DNA of 24,000 nt from positions 3,066,956-3,090,955 of the forward strand of contig NZ_CP015080.1 in assembly GCF_001611275.1 (NCBI RefSeq). Reading direction: 5' to 3'. Of this stretch, positions 13,943-21,902 are shown piece after piece; position 1 is the stretch's first letter; the number at the start of each line of letters is the position of its first letter. The notes below the pieces were generated by a model. It did no database searches, had not been told where the DNA came from, and worked only from the letters and a program-made list of their open reading frames with translations. The translations under genes and the position numbers were made by a program. The DNA is from Desulfuromonas sp. DDH964 (lineage in GTDB: Bacteria; Desulfobacterota; Desulfuromonadia; Desulfuromonadales; DDH964).

Positions 13943-14245
13943 TCAGCCCGCCAGCAGCGGACCAACCACCCGTTCCACCTCCGCCACCGTCACTCCCCGC
14001 ACCAGCAACCGCTTGTGCCGGGAGGTCTCGCCGGCGAGCAGTTCCACCGCCCCCTTGGCGACGCCGAAGAACTTGGCGAAGTATTCGCAGCAGCACTTGT
14101 TGGCGGCACCGTCGACGGGGGGCGAGGTGAGGCGGACTTTCAGTTCCTCCCCCTGGACGCCGGCGATCTGGTTGCGGCTGGCGCGCGGCTGGACCAACAG
14201 GGCGATCACCGCGCCGCGCGGGTCGGCGCTCAGCCAGACGGGCAT
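13943..14245 (-). CDS. yggU: DUF167/YggU family protein
   Basis: 100 aa. LLVQPRASRNQIAGVQGEELKVRLTSPPVDGAANKCCCEYFAKFFGV is the typical YggU core (V-x-P-x-A-x-x-x-I...L-K-V-x-x-x-A-P-P-x-x-G-x-A-N). The start overlaps the divIVA stop. Confidence 0.85.
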   Translation of the reverse strand: MPVWLSADPRGAVIALLVQPRASRNQIAGVQGEELKVRLTSPPVDGAANKCCCEYFAKFFGVAKGAVELLAGETSRHKRLLVRGVTVAEVERVVGPLLAG

Positions 14246-14778
14246 CAGGGTTTTTCGTCCGTCGCCGCCGGGCGTCCGTCGAAGGGGAGGCGTTCTTCGA
14301 GCAGGCGGTCGTCACGGGTCTGGTCGGTGAGCGCTACGACGTCGAGGTCGAGCAGGCGCATGTGGCTCTCGACCAGGGTGCGCAGGGAGGTTTCGAAGGA
14401 GATCTTCTGCCGCTTCAGGTCCTGGATTTCATTGATCAGCTGGATGCGGCGGTCTTCGGCATCGCGCATGATCCGCTCGGCGCGCAGCTGGGCATCGGCG
14501 GTAATGATGTCGGCCTCGCGGCGGGCGTTGGCCTTGAGCTCGTCGGTCACCCGCTGGGTCGTCACCAGCGTCTCCTTCAGCGTCGCCTCGCGCTGGCGCA
14601 TCTCCTCCAGGCTCGCCCGGGTCCGCGCCAGCTCCTCCTTGGTCTCCTGGTGCTGACGCATGAAGCTCTCCAGCTCGTCGGCGATCATTTCGAGGAAATG
14701 ATCAACGCCGGCCTTGTCGTAGCCGAAGGGACGGGTTTTGAACTGGTACTGCTGGATGTCGATGGGGGTGATGCGCAT
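14245..14778 (-). CDS. DivIVA domain protein
   Basis: MRITPIDIQQYQFKTRPFGYDKAGVDHFLEMIADELE is the canonical DivIVA N-terminus, followed by coiled coil. ATG 14778 has GAGG 8 nt upstream. The earlier track start at 14808 would overlap yggT. Confidence 0.88.
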   Translation of the reverse strand: MRITPIDIQQYQFKTRPFGYDKAGVDHFLEMIADELESFMRQHQETKEELARTRASLEEMRQREATLKETLVTTQRVTDELKANARREADIITADAQLRAERIMRDAEDRRIQLINEIQDLKRQKISFETSLRTLVESHMRLLDLDVVALTDQTRDDRLLEERLPFDGRPAATDEKP

Positions 14779-14791
14779 GGCGAAGGCCTCG

Positions 14792-15079
14792 TCAGAAACG
14801 GTAGGCAAGCTGGGCGAGCAGTTCGAGCAGCAGCCGGCGCAGCAGGGATATACCGAGCAAAAGGATGATCGGCGAAAAGTCGATACCGCCGAACTGGGAC
14901 GGGATGTAGCGGCGGATGAAGGCGAGGGGCGGTTCCGTCACCTGGTAGAGGAAGCGTACGATCGGGTTGTAAGGGTCGGGGTTGACCCAGGAGACCAGGG
15001 CGCGCCCGATGACGATGAAGGTGTATATCTGGAAGATCAGGCCGATCACCTCGGCCAAGGTCGATAGGAGCACGTTCAT
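14792..15079 (-). CDS. yggT: YggT family membrane protein
   Basis: MNVLLSTLAEVIGLIFQIYTFIVIGRALVSWVNPDPYNPIVRFLYQVTEPPLAFIRRYIP...IDFSPIILLL is the YggT signature. ATG 15079 has GGAAGGA upstream. Confidence 0.88.
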   Translation of the reverse strand: MNVLLSTLAEVIGLIFQIYTFIVIGRALVSWVNPDPYNPIVRFLYQVTEPPLAFIRRYIPSQFGGIDFSPIILLLGISLLRRLLLELLAQLAYRF

Positions 15080-15195
15080 TGTCGATTCCTTCCCGGCGAT
15101 CCGGCCTGGATGGCGAGGTCGCACTGAGCCCCATTTTATAGCCGATGCTGGCTCGAGGTGTCAAACCAAATCCCCGCCGGGGGCCACCCAAGGCT

Positions 15196-15224
15196 TTGAC
15201 TTTCCCGCGGAAAACCGCTAAAGT
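15196..15224 (+). promoter_or_regulatory. Candidate sigma70-type promoter for the DAHP synthase gene
   Basis: TTGACT (15196-15201), 17 nt spacer, TAAAGT (15219-15224), ~70 nt upstream of ATG 15295. Pattern match only. Confidence 0.35.
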
Positions 15225-15294
15225 GACGCCCCGGAACGGGTGTTCCGCACACCGCGCACCGCAAATGACATCGATTCGACAAAGGGGAACCAGC

Positions 15295-16359
15295 ATGAAA
15301 CGGACCAACAACCTGCGAATCCGGGGGCTGACCCCGATTATCGCCCCGGCCGACCTGAAACAGGTCTTTCCGCTTTCCGTCGAAGGGGCGGAGTTTGTTA
15401 CCAGCGCCCGGCAACAGGTCATCGATATTCTCGCCGGCCGCGACCGCCGCCTGATGGCGGTGGTCGGTCCCTGCTCGATCCATGACGCCCGGGCCGCCCG
15501 CGACTACGCCCGCCACCTCGCCGAACTCGGCCGCGAACTGCGAGACCAGCTGCTGCTGGTGATGCGCGTCTACTTCGAAAAGCCACGCACCACCATCGGC
15601 TGGAAGGGGCTTATCAACGACCCCGACCTCAACGGTACCTACCAGATCTCCAAGGGGCTCGGCGTCGCCCGTGGCCTCCTCTGTTCGATCACTGAGCTCG
15701 GCCTGCCGGTCGCCGGCGAGATGCTCGACCCGGTCACCCCCCACTACCTCGCCGACCTCGTCAGCTGGGGCGCGATCGGCGCCCGCACTACCGAATCCCA
15801 GACTCACCGCGAGATGGCCAGCGGCCTCTCCTTCCCGGTCGGTTTCAAGAACGGCACCGACGGCAACCTGCAGATCGCCATCGACGCCATGGGCGCGGCG
15901 CGCCACTCGCACAGCTTCCTCGGCATCAACAACGAGGGGCGCAACTCCATCGTCCAGACCACCGGCAACGAGGACGTCCACATCGTCCTGCGCGGCGGCA
16001 ACGACAAGCCCAACTACTATCCCGAGGACATCGCCCGCACCGAGCAGATGCTCGCCAAGGCCGGCCTCAACCGCGGCATCATGGTCGACTGCAGCCACGC
16101 CAACTCCTGCAAGAACCACGAAAAGCAGGAGGAGGTGCTCGGCAGCGTCCTCGAACAGGTCGCCGCCGGCAACCGCTCAATCTGCTCGGTGATGATCGAG
16201 AGCAACCTCAAGGCGGGCAACCAGCCGATCCCACAGAACCTGGCCGACCTCAAGTACGGCGTCTCGGTCACCGACAAGTGCGTCGACTGGAAGACCACCG
16301 AGCGAATGCTGCGCCACGCCCACGCGGTGCTGAAGAAGTGCGGCGGCCGGCAGCTCTGA
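15295..16359 (+). CDS. aroG: 3-deoxy-7-phosphoheptulonate (DAHP) synthase, class I
   Basis: 354 aa starting at ATG 15295, with AAAGGGGA upstream. Conserved blocks: VVGPCSIHD, RVYFEKPRTTIGWKGLINDP, GEMLDP, SWGAIGARTTESQTHREMASGLS, PVGFKNGTDG, VDCSHANS. The isozyme (aroG, aroF or aroH) cannot be told from the sequence. Confidence 0.92.
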   Translation: MKRTNNLRIRGLTPIIAPADLKQVFPLSVEGAEFVTSARQQVIDILAGRDRRLMAVVGPCSIHDARAARDYARHLAELGRELRDQLLLVMRVYFEKPRTTIGWKGLINDPDLNGTYQISKGLGVARGLLCSITELGLPVAGEMLDPVTPHYLADLVSWGAIGARTTESQTHREMASGLSFPVGFKNGTDGNLQIAIDAMGAARHSHSFLGINNEGRNSIVQTTGNEDVHIVLRGGNDKPNYYPEDIARTEQMLAKAGLNRGIMVDCSHANSCKNHEKQEEVLGSVLEQVAAGNRSICSVMIESNLKAGNQPIPQNLADLKYGVSVTDKCVDWKTTERMLRHAHAVLKKCGGRQL

Positions 16360-16372
16360 AAGAGCAATTTCC

Positions 16373-16418
16373 AGGTCCTATGGGTCCCATAGGACCTATC
16401 GGACCTATAACCTGGACC
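16373..16418. promoter_or_regulatory. Perfect 12-bp-arm palindrome plus a GGACC(T) repeat array between aroG and hgcA
   Basis: aggtcctatggg-t-cccataggacct spans 16373-16397. It is followed by ggacctat (16401-16408) and ggacc (16414-16418). No U-tract follows the hairpin. The array ends 6 nt before ATG 16424. Confidence 0.6.
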
Positions 16419-16501
16419 AAGCCATGACCGAAAACCTCGAAAACAAACCAACACCCACCCCCTGCTGACCGCCGAAAGCGCCGCCGGGAGCGGCGCCCAC
16501 A

Positions 16502-17632
16502 GTGGAGTCTGCAGCCCCCGCCGTGCCGGCGGCGGTGACCTGCTGCCCGCCTCCGGCGGGCGGCGGCGCGCAGGCTGGCGAACGCCCCGGCCTGCGGCTC
16601 TGGCCCTTTGTCTGCGGCTGGCTCGACACCCCCGCCGGGCCGGTGCCGCAGGTCGAGACGCGGCAGCGCCCTAATGACCTCTTCGGCCGCTGGCAGATGC
16701 GCTGGGGCCTGGGGCGCATGCGCTACCGGATCGCGCCCGGCCTCTACGCCATCGGCAACCCGGACAGCGCAGCGCCGGTCCTGGTCACTGCCAACTACAA
16801 ACTCACCTTCGACAGCCTGCGCCGGGAACTGACCGGCCTCGACGCCTGGATCCTGGTACTGGAAACCTTCGGCATCAACGTCTGGTGCGCCGCCGGCAAG
16901 GGGACCTTCGGCACCGACGAAGTCATCCGCCGTCTCCGCGCAAGCGGCCTCGACCAGGTCGTCGCACATCGCACCCTGATCCTCCCCCAACTCGGCGCGC
17001 CCGGGGTCGCGGCCCACCAGGTGCGCCGCGAATCGGGTTTTTCGGTCCTCTACGGGCCGGTGCGCGCGGCCGACCTGCCCGCCTTTCTCGCCACCGGGAA
17101 TCAGGCCACCCCGGCCATGCGCCGGGTCAGCTTCACGACCGCGGAGCGGTTTGCGCTCACCCCGGTGGAGCTGACCTCGATGCTGCGGCCGCTCGGCTGG
17201 GGAATTCTCCTGCTGCTCCTCCTCGGCCTCGCCGGGCCGCAACTGCTCCATCCCGGGGCCGCCCTCGGCCGGGGACTGGCCGCCATTGCCGCCGGCCTCG
17301 CCGGGGTGGTGACCGGGGCGGTGCTGACGCCGCTACTCCTCCCCTGGCTCCCCCCCCGGGCCTTCGCCGCCAAGGGGGCCATGAGCGGAGGCGTGGTGGC
17401 CCTTTTCGGCCTCGCCTGCTCCTGGGAAGGGCTCGGCCCCTGGAACGGCGCCGCCCTGCTGCTGGCGCTGCCGGCCGTCGCCTCCTGGTGCGCCATGAAT
17501 TTCACCGGTTCCAGCACCTTCACCTCCCCTTCCGGGGTCGAAAAGGAGATGCGCCGCGCTATCCCCCTGCAGGGGCTGGCGGTGCTCGTCGCTGGCGTGT
17601 TGTGGATTTACGGGGGGTTCGTCGGGGGATGA
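16502..17632 (+). CDS. hgcA: Mercury-methylation corrinoid protein HgcA
   Basis: Contains the diagnostic cap-helix motif GINVWCAAGKGTFG within a CFeSP-like corrinoid domain (GRMRYRIAPGLYAIGNP...PVLVTANYKLTFD), followed by a multi-helix transmembrane C-terminal half. The GTG start at 16502 is uncertain; see the UGA finding for a possible start at 16424. Confidence 0.92.
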   Translation: MESAAPAVPAAVTCCPPPAGGGAQAGERPGLRLWPFVCGWLDTPAGPVPQVETRQRPNDLFGRWQMRWGLGRMRYRIAPGLYAIGNPDSAAPVLVTANYKLTFDSLRRELTGLDAWILVLETFGINVWCAAGKGTFGTDEVIRRLRASGLDQVVAHRTLILPQLGAPGVAAHQVRRESGFSVLYGPVRAADLPAFLATGNQATPAMRRVSFTTAERFALTPVELTSMLRPLGWGILLLLLLGLAGPQLLHPGAALGRGLAAIAAGLAGVVTGAVLTPLLLPWLPPRAFAAKGAMSGGVVALFGLACSWEGLGPWNGAALLLALPAVASWCAMNFTGSSTFTSPSGVEKEMRRAIPLQGLAVLVAGVLWIYGGFVGG

Positions 17633-17634
17633 AA

Positions 17635-17928
17635 ATGGCGGAGAAACTCGTTTATCTGGAAGGGGTCAGCACCCTCAAACTCGATCGCGAGCGCTGCATC
17701 GGCTGTGGTCTTTGCGCCGTCGTCTGCCCCCATGCCGTCTTCCTGGTCGAAGCCGGCAAGGCCGAAATCACCGCCCTCGATCGCTGCATGGAATGCGGCG
17801 CCTGCGCCCGCAACTGCCCGGTGACGGCGCTCCAGGTCAAGGCCGGGGTCGGCTGCGCCAGCGCGATCATCCACAGCTGGCTGACCGGCGAGGAACCGTC
17901 CTGCGACTGCGGCGGGTCGAGCTGCTGA
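17635..17928 (+). CDS. hgcB: Mercury-methylation ferredoxin HgcB
   Basis: 97 aa (MAEKLVYLEGVSTLKLD...). Two CxxCxxCxxxCP clusters (CIGCGLCAVVCP and CMECGACARNCP), a conserved GVGCASAI Cys and a Cys-rich tail (SCDCGGSSC). GGGGGA lies 5 nt upstream. An alternative ATG at 17629 overlaps the hgcA stop. Confidence 0.9.
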   Translation: MAEKLVYLEGVSTLKLDRERCIGCGLCAVVCPHAVFLVEAGKAEITALDRCMECGACARNCPVTALQVKAGVGCASAIIHSWLTGEEPSCDCGGSSC

Positions 17929-17943
17929 CCCGCGCTTGCCCCT

Positions 17944-19209
17944 TCAGCCCTGCAGCTGTTTAAGGGTGGTGTCGGCAACGGTCGCCCCGATACTCAGGGA
18001 CGCGGTCGCGGCCGGGGACGGCGCATTGAGCAGGTGAACCATCCCCTCCCCCTCCAGGATATGAAAGTCGTCGAGCAGGGAACCATCGGCGGCAATCGCC
18101 TGGGCGCGGACACCTGCGCCGCCCCGTTCCACATCCTCTTCGCGCAGCGCCGGAATCAGCCGCTGCAGGTCCCGCACAAAGAGCCCCTTGCTGAAGGAAC
18201 GCTGGAACTCTCCCAGCCCCTTGTCCCAGTAACGCGCCGCCAGGTGCCAGAAACCCGGATAGGTGAAGGTCGCCAGGCTGTCGCGCAGCGACCAGCTGAG
18301 GCGGTCGTACCCCTCGCGGCGAAAGGCGAGCACCGCGTTGGGCCCGGCTTCCACCCGGCCGTCGATCATGCGGGTGAAATGGACACCGAGAAAGGGAAAC
18401 GCCGGGTCGGGAACCGGATAGATGAGGTTGCGTACCAGCGATCTCGCCGCCGGCCGCAGCAGGTAGTATTCGCCGCGAAAGGGGACAATGCGCACGCCGG
18501 GGCGAAGACCGGCGAGGACCGCCACCCGGTCGCACTGCAATCCGGCGCAGTTGACGATCTGGCGGGCCAGCACGCTGCCGCCGGGAGTCCCGAGACGGAA
18601 ATGATCCCCATCCCGGCGGATGCTCTGCACCTCGCTGCAAAGGCGCACCTCCCCGCCCCCCTGCTGCACCCGGCGCGCCAGGGCTTCGGTCACCGCGACA
18701 TAGTCGACGATTCCGGTCTGGGGGACAAAAAGACCGGCGAGCCCGGCGACCTCCGGTTCATGGTCATGCAGACCGGACTCATCGAGACGCAGGATTCCTT
18801 CCAGGCCATTGGCCCGGCCGCGCCGCTCCAGTTCATCGAGGAGGGGAAGCTCTTCCTCGCTGCCGGCAACCACCAGTTTGCCACAGCGCTCGTGGGCTAT
18901 CCCCTCGGCGGCACAAAAGGCGTAGAGGGCAACCCGTCCGGAGCTGCAATTGGTGGCTTTGAGCGAGCCCGGGCGGTAATAGAGCCCGGAGTGAATGACT
19001 CCGCTGTTATGGCCGGTCTGGTGGGCGGCCAGCTGCGGCTCCTTCTCGAGCAGCAGAACCTTCAGGCCCGGCGCCCGTTCCAGGAGAGCCGCCGCCGTCG
19101 CGCAGCCGAGGATACCGCCGCCAATCACGACGACATCGGCGATGGCGTCGGCCGGAACGCTATTTTTTGTCACTGTTTTGCACCAGGACCTCGACCTCGA
19201 GGCGAACAT
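17944..19209 (-). CDS. lhgO: L-2-hydroxyglutarate oxidase (FAD-dependent)
   Basis: VVVIGGGILG dinucleotide fold, plus HQTGHNSGVIHSGLYYRPGSLKA, PFRGEYY, LIYPVPDPAFPFLGVHFTRMIDG, GPNAVLAFRREGY and NAPSPAATASLSIG. These closely track E. coli LhgO/YgaF as I recall it. The start is uncertain (ATG 19209 or GTG 19173). Confidence 0.88.
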   Translation of the reverse strand: MFASRSRSWCKTVTKNSVPADAIADVVVIGGGILGCATAAALLERAPGLKVLLLEKEPQLAAHQTGHNSGVIHSGLYYRPGSLKATNCSSGRVALYAFCAAEGIAHERCGKLVVAGSEEELPLLDELERRGRANGLEGILRLDESGLHDHEPEVAGLAGLFVPQTGIVDYVAVTEALARRVQQGGGEVRLCSEVQSIRRDGDHFRLGTPGGSVLARQIVNCAGLQCDRVAVLAGLRPGVRIVPFRGEYYLLRPAARSLVRNLIYPVPDPAFPFLGVHFTRMIDGRVEAGPNAVLAFRREGYDRLSWSLRDSLATFTYPGFWHLAARYWDKGLGEFQRSFSKGLFVRDLQRLIPALREEDVERGGAGVRAQAIAADGSLLDDFHILEGEGMVHLLNAPSPAATASLSIGATVADTTLKQLQG

Positions 19210-19354
19210 CGTCGATATTCACCCGTGCCACCTTCCCCCCTTCCCGTTCACAGCGGACCAGCCCGGCATCGACCCAACTGAGCACCTGACTCGTGTTGAC
19301 CCCAAACTTGGCCGCGGCATCCTCAGCGGCATACCAGGTTTTGACCAGCGACAT
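19160..19354 (-). CDS. Small helix-turn-helix DNA-binding protein (excisionase/MerR-like HTH)
   Basis: 64 aa from ATG 19354, with GGAGGA 5 nt upstream: MSLVKTWYAAEDAAAKFGVNTSQVLSWVDAGLVRCEREGGKV.... The 194-aa track ORF is an upstream extension antisense to the GGDEF gene. Confidence 0.65.
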   Translation of the reverse strand: MSLVKTWYAAEDAAAKFGVNTSQVLSWVDAGLVRCEREGGKVARVNIDDVRLEVEVLVQNSDKK

Positions 19355-19490
19355 CGAATCCTCCTTTTTTTCCCCTCGGGTTTGGTCTATTATAACCGCC
19401 TGAAACCGCCCTGTCCCGACCGCGGCTTGCCTTTCCGGGACGGACGCCCGCACCGCAGCATTCTGACCCAGTAGCGGCCCAACGAAAATC

Positions 19491-20444
19491 ATGAGACATT
19501 CGATCCTGATCATCGATGATTCCCGAACCTCCCGGCTCCAGGTGCGCGAGATCATCGAACCGACAGGGCTTTTTTGCGAGTTCCGCGAGGCTGCCGATGG
19601 CCTGGAGGGATTCAAGCAACTCCTCGACCGGCCGGCGGACATTATCCTCTGCGATCTCGAAATGCCGGGCCTGGACGGCGGCAAGTTCCTGCAGCTGCTC
19701 GCCGGACGCCAGGAGCTGGCCAACCTGCCGGTCATCATGCTCACCGGCCACGAGGATCAGGAAGCAAAAGTCCGCCTGCTGGGCCAGGGCGCCAGCGACT
19801 ACGTCACCAAGCCCTTCAATCCGGGTGAGCTCCTCGCCCGGGTCAAGGTCCAGCTCAAAATCAAGACCCTCCAGGACAGCCTGCGGGAAAGCAACCTGCG
19901 CCTGAAGGAGCTGGCCGCCACCGACCCGCTGACCGGGCTCGCCAATCGCCGCACCCTGATGAGTACCCTGGAACGGGAATTCCGCCGCAGCCAGCGCAAC
20001 GGCGCGCCCCTGTCGCTGCTGATGGTGGATATCGACCACTTCAAACAGGTCAACGACCGCTACGGCCACCAGCAGGGGGACGCAGTGCTGACGACGGTGG
20101 CCGGAATCCTGCGCCGCCACCTGCGCCCCTACGACCTCGCGGCCCGCTTTGGCGGCGAGGAATTCAGCCTGGTCCTTCCCGAGACCGGTCTCGACGAAGC
20201 GGTCAGGGTCGGAGAGCGGATTCGGTTGGCGGTAGCCGGTCAGGCCTTTCCCGGCCCCCTCGTCGACCTGGAACTGACGGTGAGCCTCGGGGCGGCGGTC
20301 TTCCCGGCCCCCGGCATTGGCAGCGACGAGGATCTGATCCGGGTGGCCGATCATGCGCTCTACCAGGCCAAAGACTCCGGGCGCAATCGCCTGCAGGCTG
20401 CCGGTAACGGAACCGACTCCCTCCCCGTCCCCTTCGCCCCCTGA
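19491..20444 (+). CDS. Response regulator receiver + GGDEF diguanylate cyclase
   Basis: REC domain (ILIIDDS...CDLEMPGLDG...TGH...KP) followed by GGDEF (DPLTGLANRR...DIDHFKQVNDRYGH...RFGGEEF). An RxxD I-site (RPYD) lies 5 residues before GGEEF. Confidence 0.92.
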   Translation: MRHSILIIDDSRTSRLQVREIIEPTGLFCEFREAADGLEGFKQLLDRPADIILCDLEMPGLDGGKFLQLLAGRQELANLPVIMLTGHEDQEAKVRLLGQGASDYVTKPFNPGELLARVKVQLKIKTLQDSLRESNLRLKELAATDPLTGLANRRTLMSTLEREFRRSQRNGAPLSLLMVDIDHFKQVNDRYGHQQGDAVLTTVAGILRRHLRPYDLAARFGGEEFSLVLPETGLDEAVRVGERIRLAVAGQAFPGPLVDLELTVSLGAAVFPAPGIGSDEDLIRVADHALYQAKDSGRNRLQAAGNGTDSLPVPFAP

Positions 20445-20485
20445 TACTGGTTCCGGATGCCCCCCACAACCCTCTGGTCGGATCG

Positions 20486-20809
20486 ATGAAAAAATTCTGC
20501 GTCCAGCTCACCGGCCACAACTATCTCCTCCCCTACGACGGCGAGCCGCGCAAGATGGGGTTCCGGGCGACCCGGATCGTCCGTGCCAACAGCCCCGAGG
20601 AGGCCGGCGTCCTCGCCCTGCGCAGCCTGGTCCGCGATCCCCGGCTGGTCAATGACCTGCTCAACGGGCGCCAGGACCCCTCGACGCTGGCGATCGACTC
20701 CATCCAGCGGCTCGGCCTTTTCAAAGGGTGGTCAACGGCCGGAAAGGGACTCGATTTTTTCTTCGAGGATCTGCCGGGAGATACGTCGTCCCGCGAAGAG
20801 ACGTCATGA
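20486..20809 (+). CDS. Hypothetical protein (107 aa)
   Basis: The ORF has core-like composition, and its stop overlaps the yciH start (ATGA at 20806-20809). No motif recognised. Confidence 0.55.
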   Translation: MKKFCVQLTGHNYLLPYDGEPRKMGFRATRIVRANSPEEAGVLALRSLVRDPRLVNDLLNGRQDPSTLAIDSIQRLGLFKGWSTAGKGLDFFFEDLPGDTSSREETS

Positions 20810-21168
20810 AATCATCCAAAACCAATTCAAGGCTCGTCTACAGCAGTGAGCAGGGACGGATCTGCCCCGCCTGCGAAAAACCCGCTGCGGCCTGCAGCTG
20901 CTCCCGCACCCCGGAGCCCCCCCGGGGGAATGGCGCGGTCCGGGTCGGTCGCGAAACCAAGGGGCGCAAGGGGAAGGGGGTGACCACCATCTCCGGACTC
21001 CCCCTCGATGAGGCGGGATTGGACAAGCTCGCCTCGGAACTGAAAAAGCGCTGCGGGTGCGGCGGGACGGTCAGGGATGGGGTAATCGAGATCCAGGGTG
21101 ACCAGCGCGAACTGCTGCTGGCGGAGCTGCTCAGCCGCGGCTGGAGCGCCAAAAAGAGCGGCGGCTGA
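20806..21168 (+). CDS. yciH: Translation initiation factor SUI1/YciH family
   Basis: 120 aa from ATG 20806: RLVYSSEQGRICPACEKP...VRVGRETKGRKGKGVTTISGLPL...LKKRCGCGGTVRDGVIEIQGDQRE is the typical YciH pattern. Confidence 0.88.
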   Translation: MKSSKTNSRLVYSSEQGRICPACEKPAAACSCSRTPEPPRGNGAVRVGRETKGRKGKGVTTISGLPLDEAGLDKLASELKKRCGCGGTVRDGVIEIQGDQRELLLAELLSRGWSAKKSGG

Positions 21169-21190
21169 AGCGTCGCCAAATTTTGACCTG

Positions 21191-21230
21191 ACAGGAAAGG
21201 GGCGTCCCGGCGGGGACGCCCCTTTCCTGT
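21191..21230. terminator. Strong 18-bp-stem hairpin between convergent genes (probable bidirectional terminator)
   Basis: acaggaaaggggcgtccc-ggcg-gggacgcccctttcctgt lies between the yciH stop (21168) and the DUF3047 stop (21247). U-tracts are weak on both strands. Confidence 0.55.
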
Positions 21231-21246
21231 TGCAGCGGCCATCGCC

Positions 21247-21882
21247 TCACTCCCGCGCGAGGCGGATATCGTCGTACCAGGCCCGGACCGCATCACCGGT
21301 GTTGTCGGTATCGGTCATCAGGGCAATCGCGCCGACCGCCGGGGGATCGCTGCCGAAGGCGCGGCGGTAGTCGGCGACGACGTTGCGCCGCTCTTCCACC
21401 CACTCGCCGACGCGCTCCGGTCCGCTCTCAACGGCAATCATCATCGCATTGGCGGTAAAGGGGTTGGGCAGGAGGGCTTCCTTGGGAAGCTTGTTGGCCC
21501 AGATGTAGTTGAGAGACCTGGTTTTCGGAAAGAACCAGCTCGGGAAGACGACGTAAAGCCGCGCCGGATAGTCGTCGCCGCCCTTGTGGCGGGCGTCGCC
21601 GGCAGCGAGCACCTTCTCCACCTTCCAGCGCCAGGCGAGGACCGGCCAGTTCTGGGGATCGTACTCGATCTTGTAGACCAGACCCGAGGCGGCGGCGCGG
21701 CTGTCGGCGGCGAGGACATGTCCGCCCCCGTCGGCCACCACCCGGTAGCTCGTTTCGCCGGCGAAGGATTTCTGCCTCCAGCCCGGCGCGAGGCCGTGCT
21801 CGAAATCGTCGATGGACCGGACATCGCTGCCGGCGCCGACACTCCCGGACAGCAGCCCGAACCAGAGCGTCAGTAACAGCAT
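21247..21882 (-). CDS. DUF3047 domain protein (secreted)
   Basis: ATG 21882 follows GGGGAGAAGG. Signal peptide MLLLTLWFGLLSGSVGA. WPVLAWRWKVEK...GDDYPARLYVVF...LNYIWANK fits DUF3047 as I recall it. Confidence 0.75.
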   Translation of the reverse strand: MLLLTLWFGLLSGSVGAGSDVRSIDDFEHGLAPGWRQKSFAGETSYRVVADGGGHVLAADSRAAASGLVYKIEYDPQNWPVLAWRWKVEKVLAAGDARHKGGDDYPARLYVVFPSWFFPKTRSLNYIWANKLPKEALLPNPFTANAMMIAVESGPERVGEWVEERRNVVADYRRAFGSDPPAVGAIALMTDTDNTGDAVRAWYDDIRLARE

Positions 21883-21902
21883 CCTTCTCCCCACACATCC
21901 CC

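Noticed and set aside
16885-17634. The N-terminal 250 codons of the 347-aa track ORF 16885..17928.
   Set aside because: This part is an Arg/Pro-rich shadow frame overlapping hgcA. Only the last ~97 codons (hgcB, from 17635) are real.
19355-19744. The upstream 130 codons of the 194-aa minus ORF 19160..19744.
   Set aside because: They lie antisense to the REC-GGDEF gene. A strong GGAGGA-ATG at 19354 defines a 64-aa HTH protein instead.
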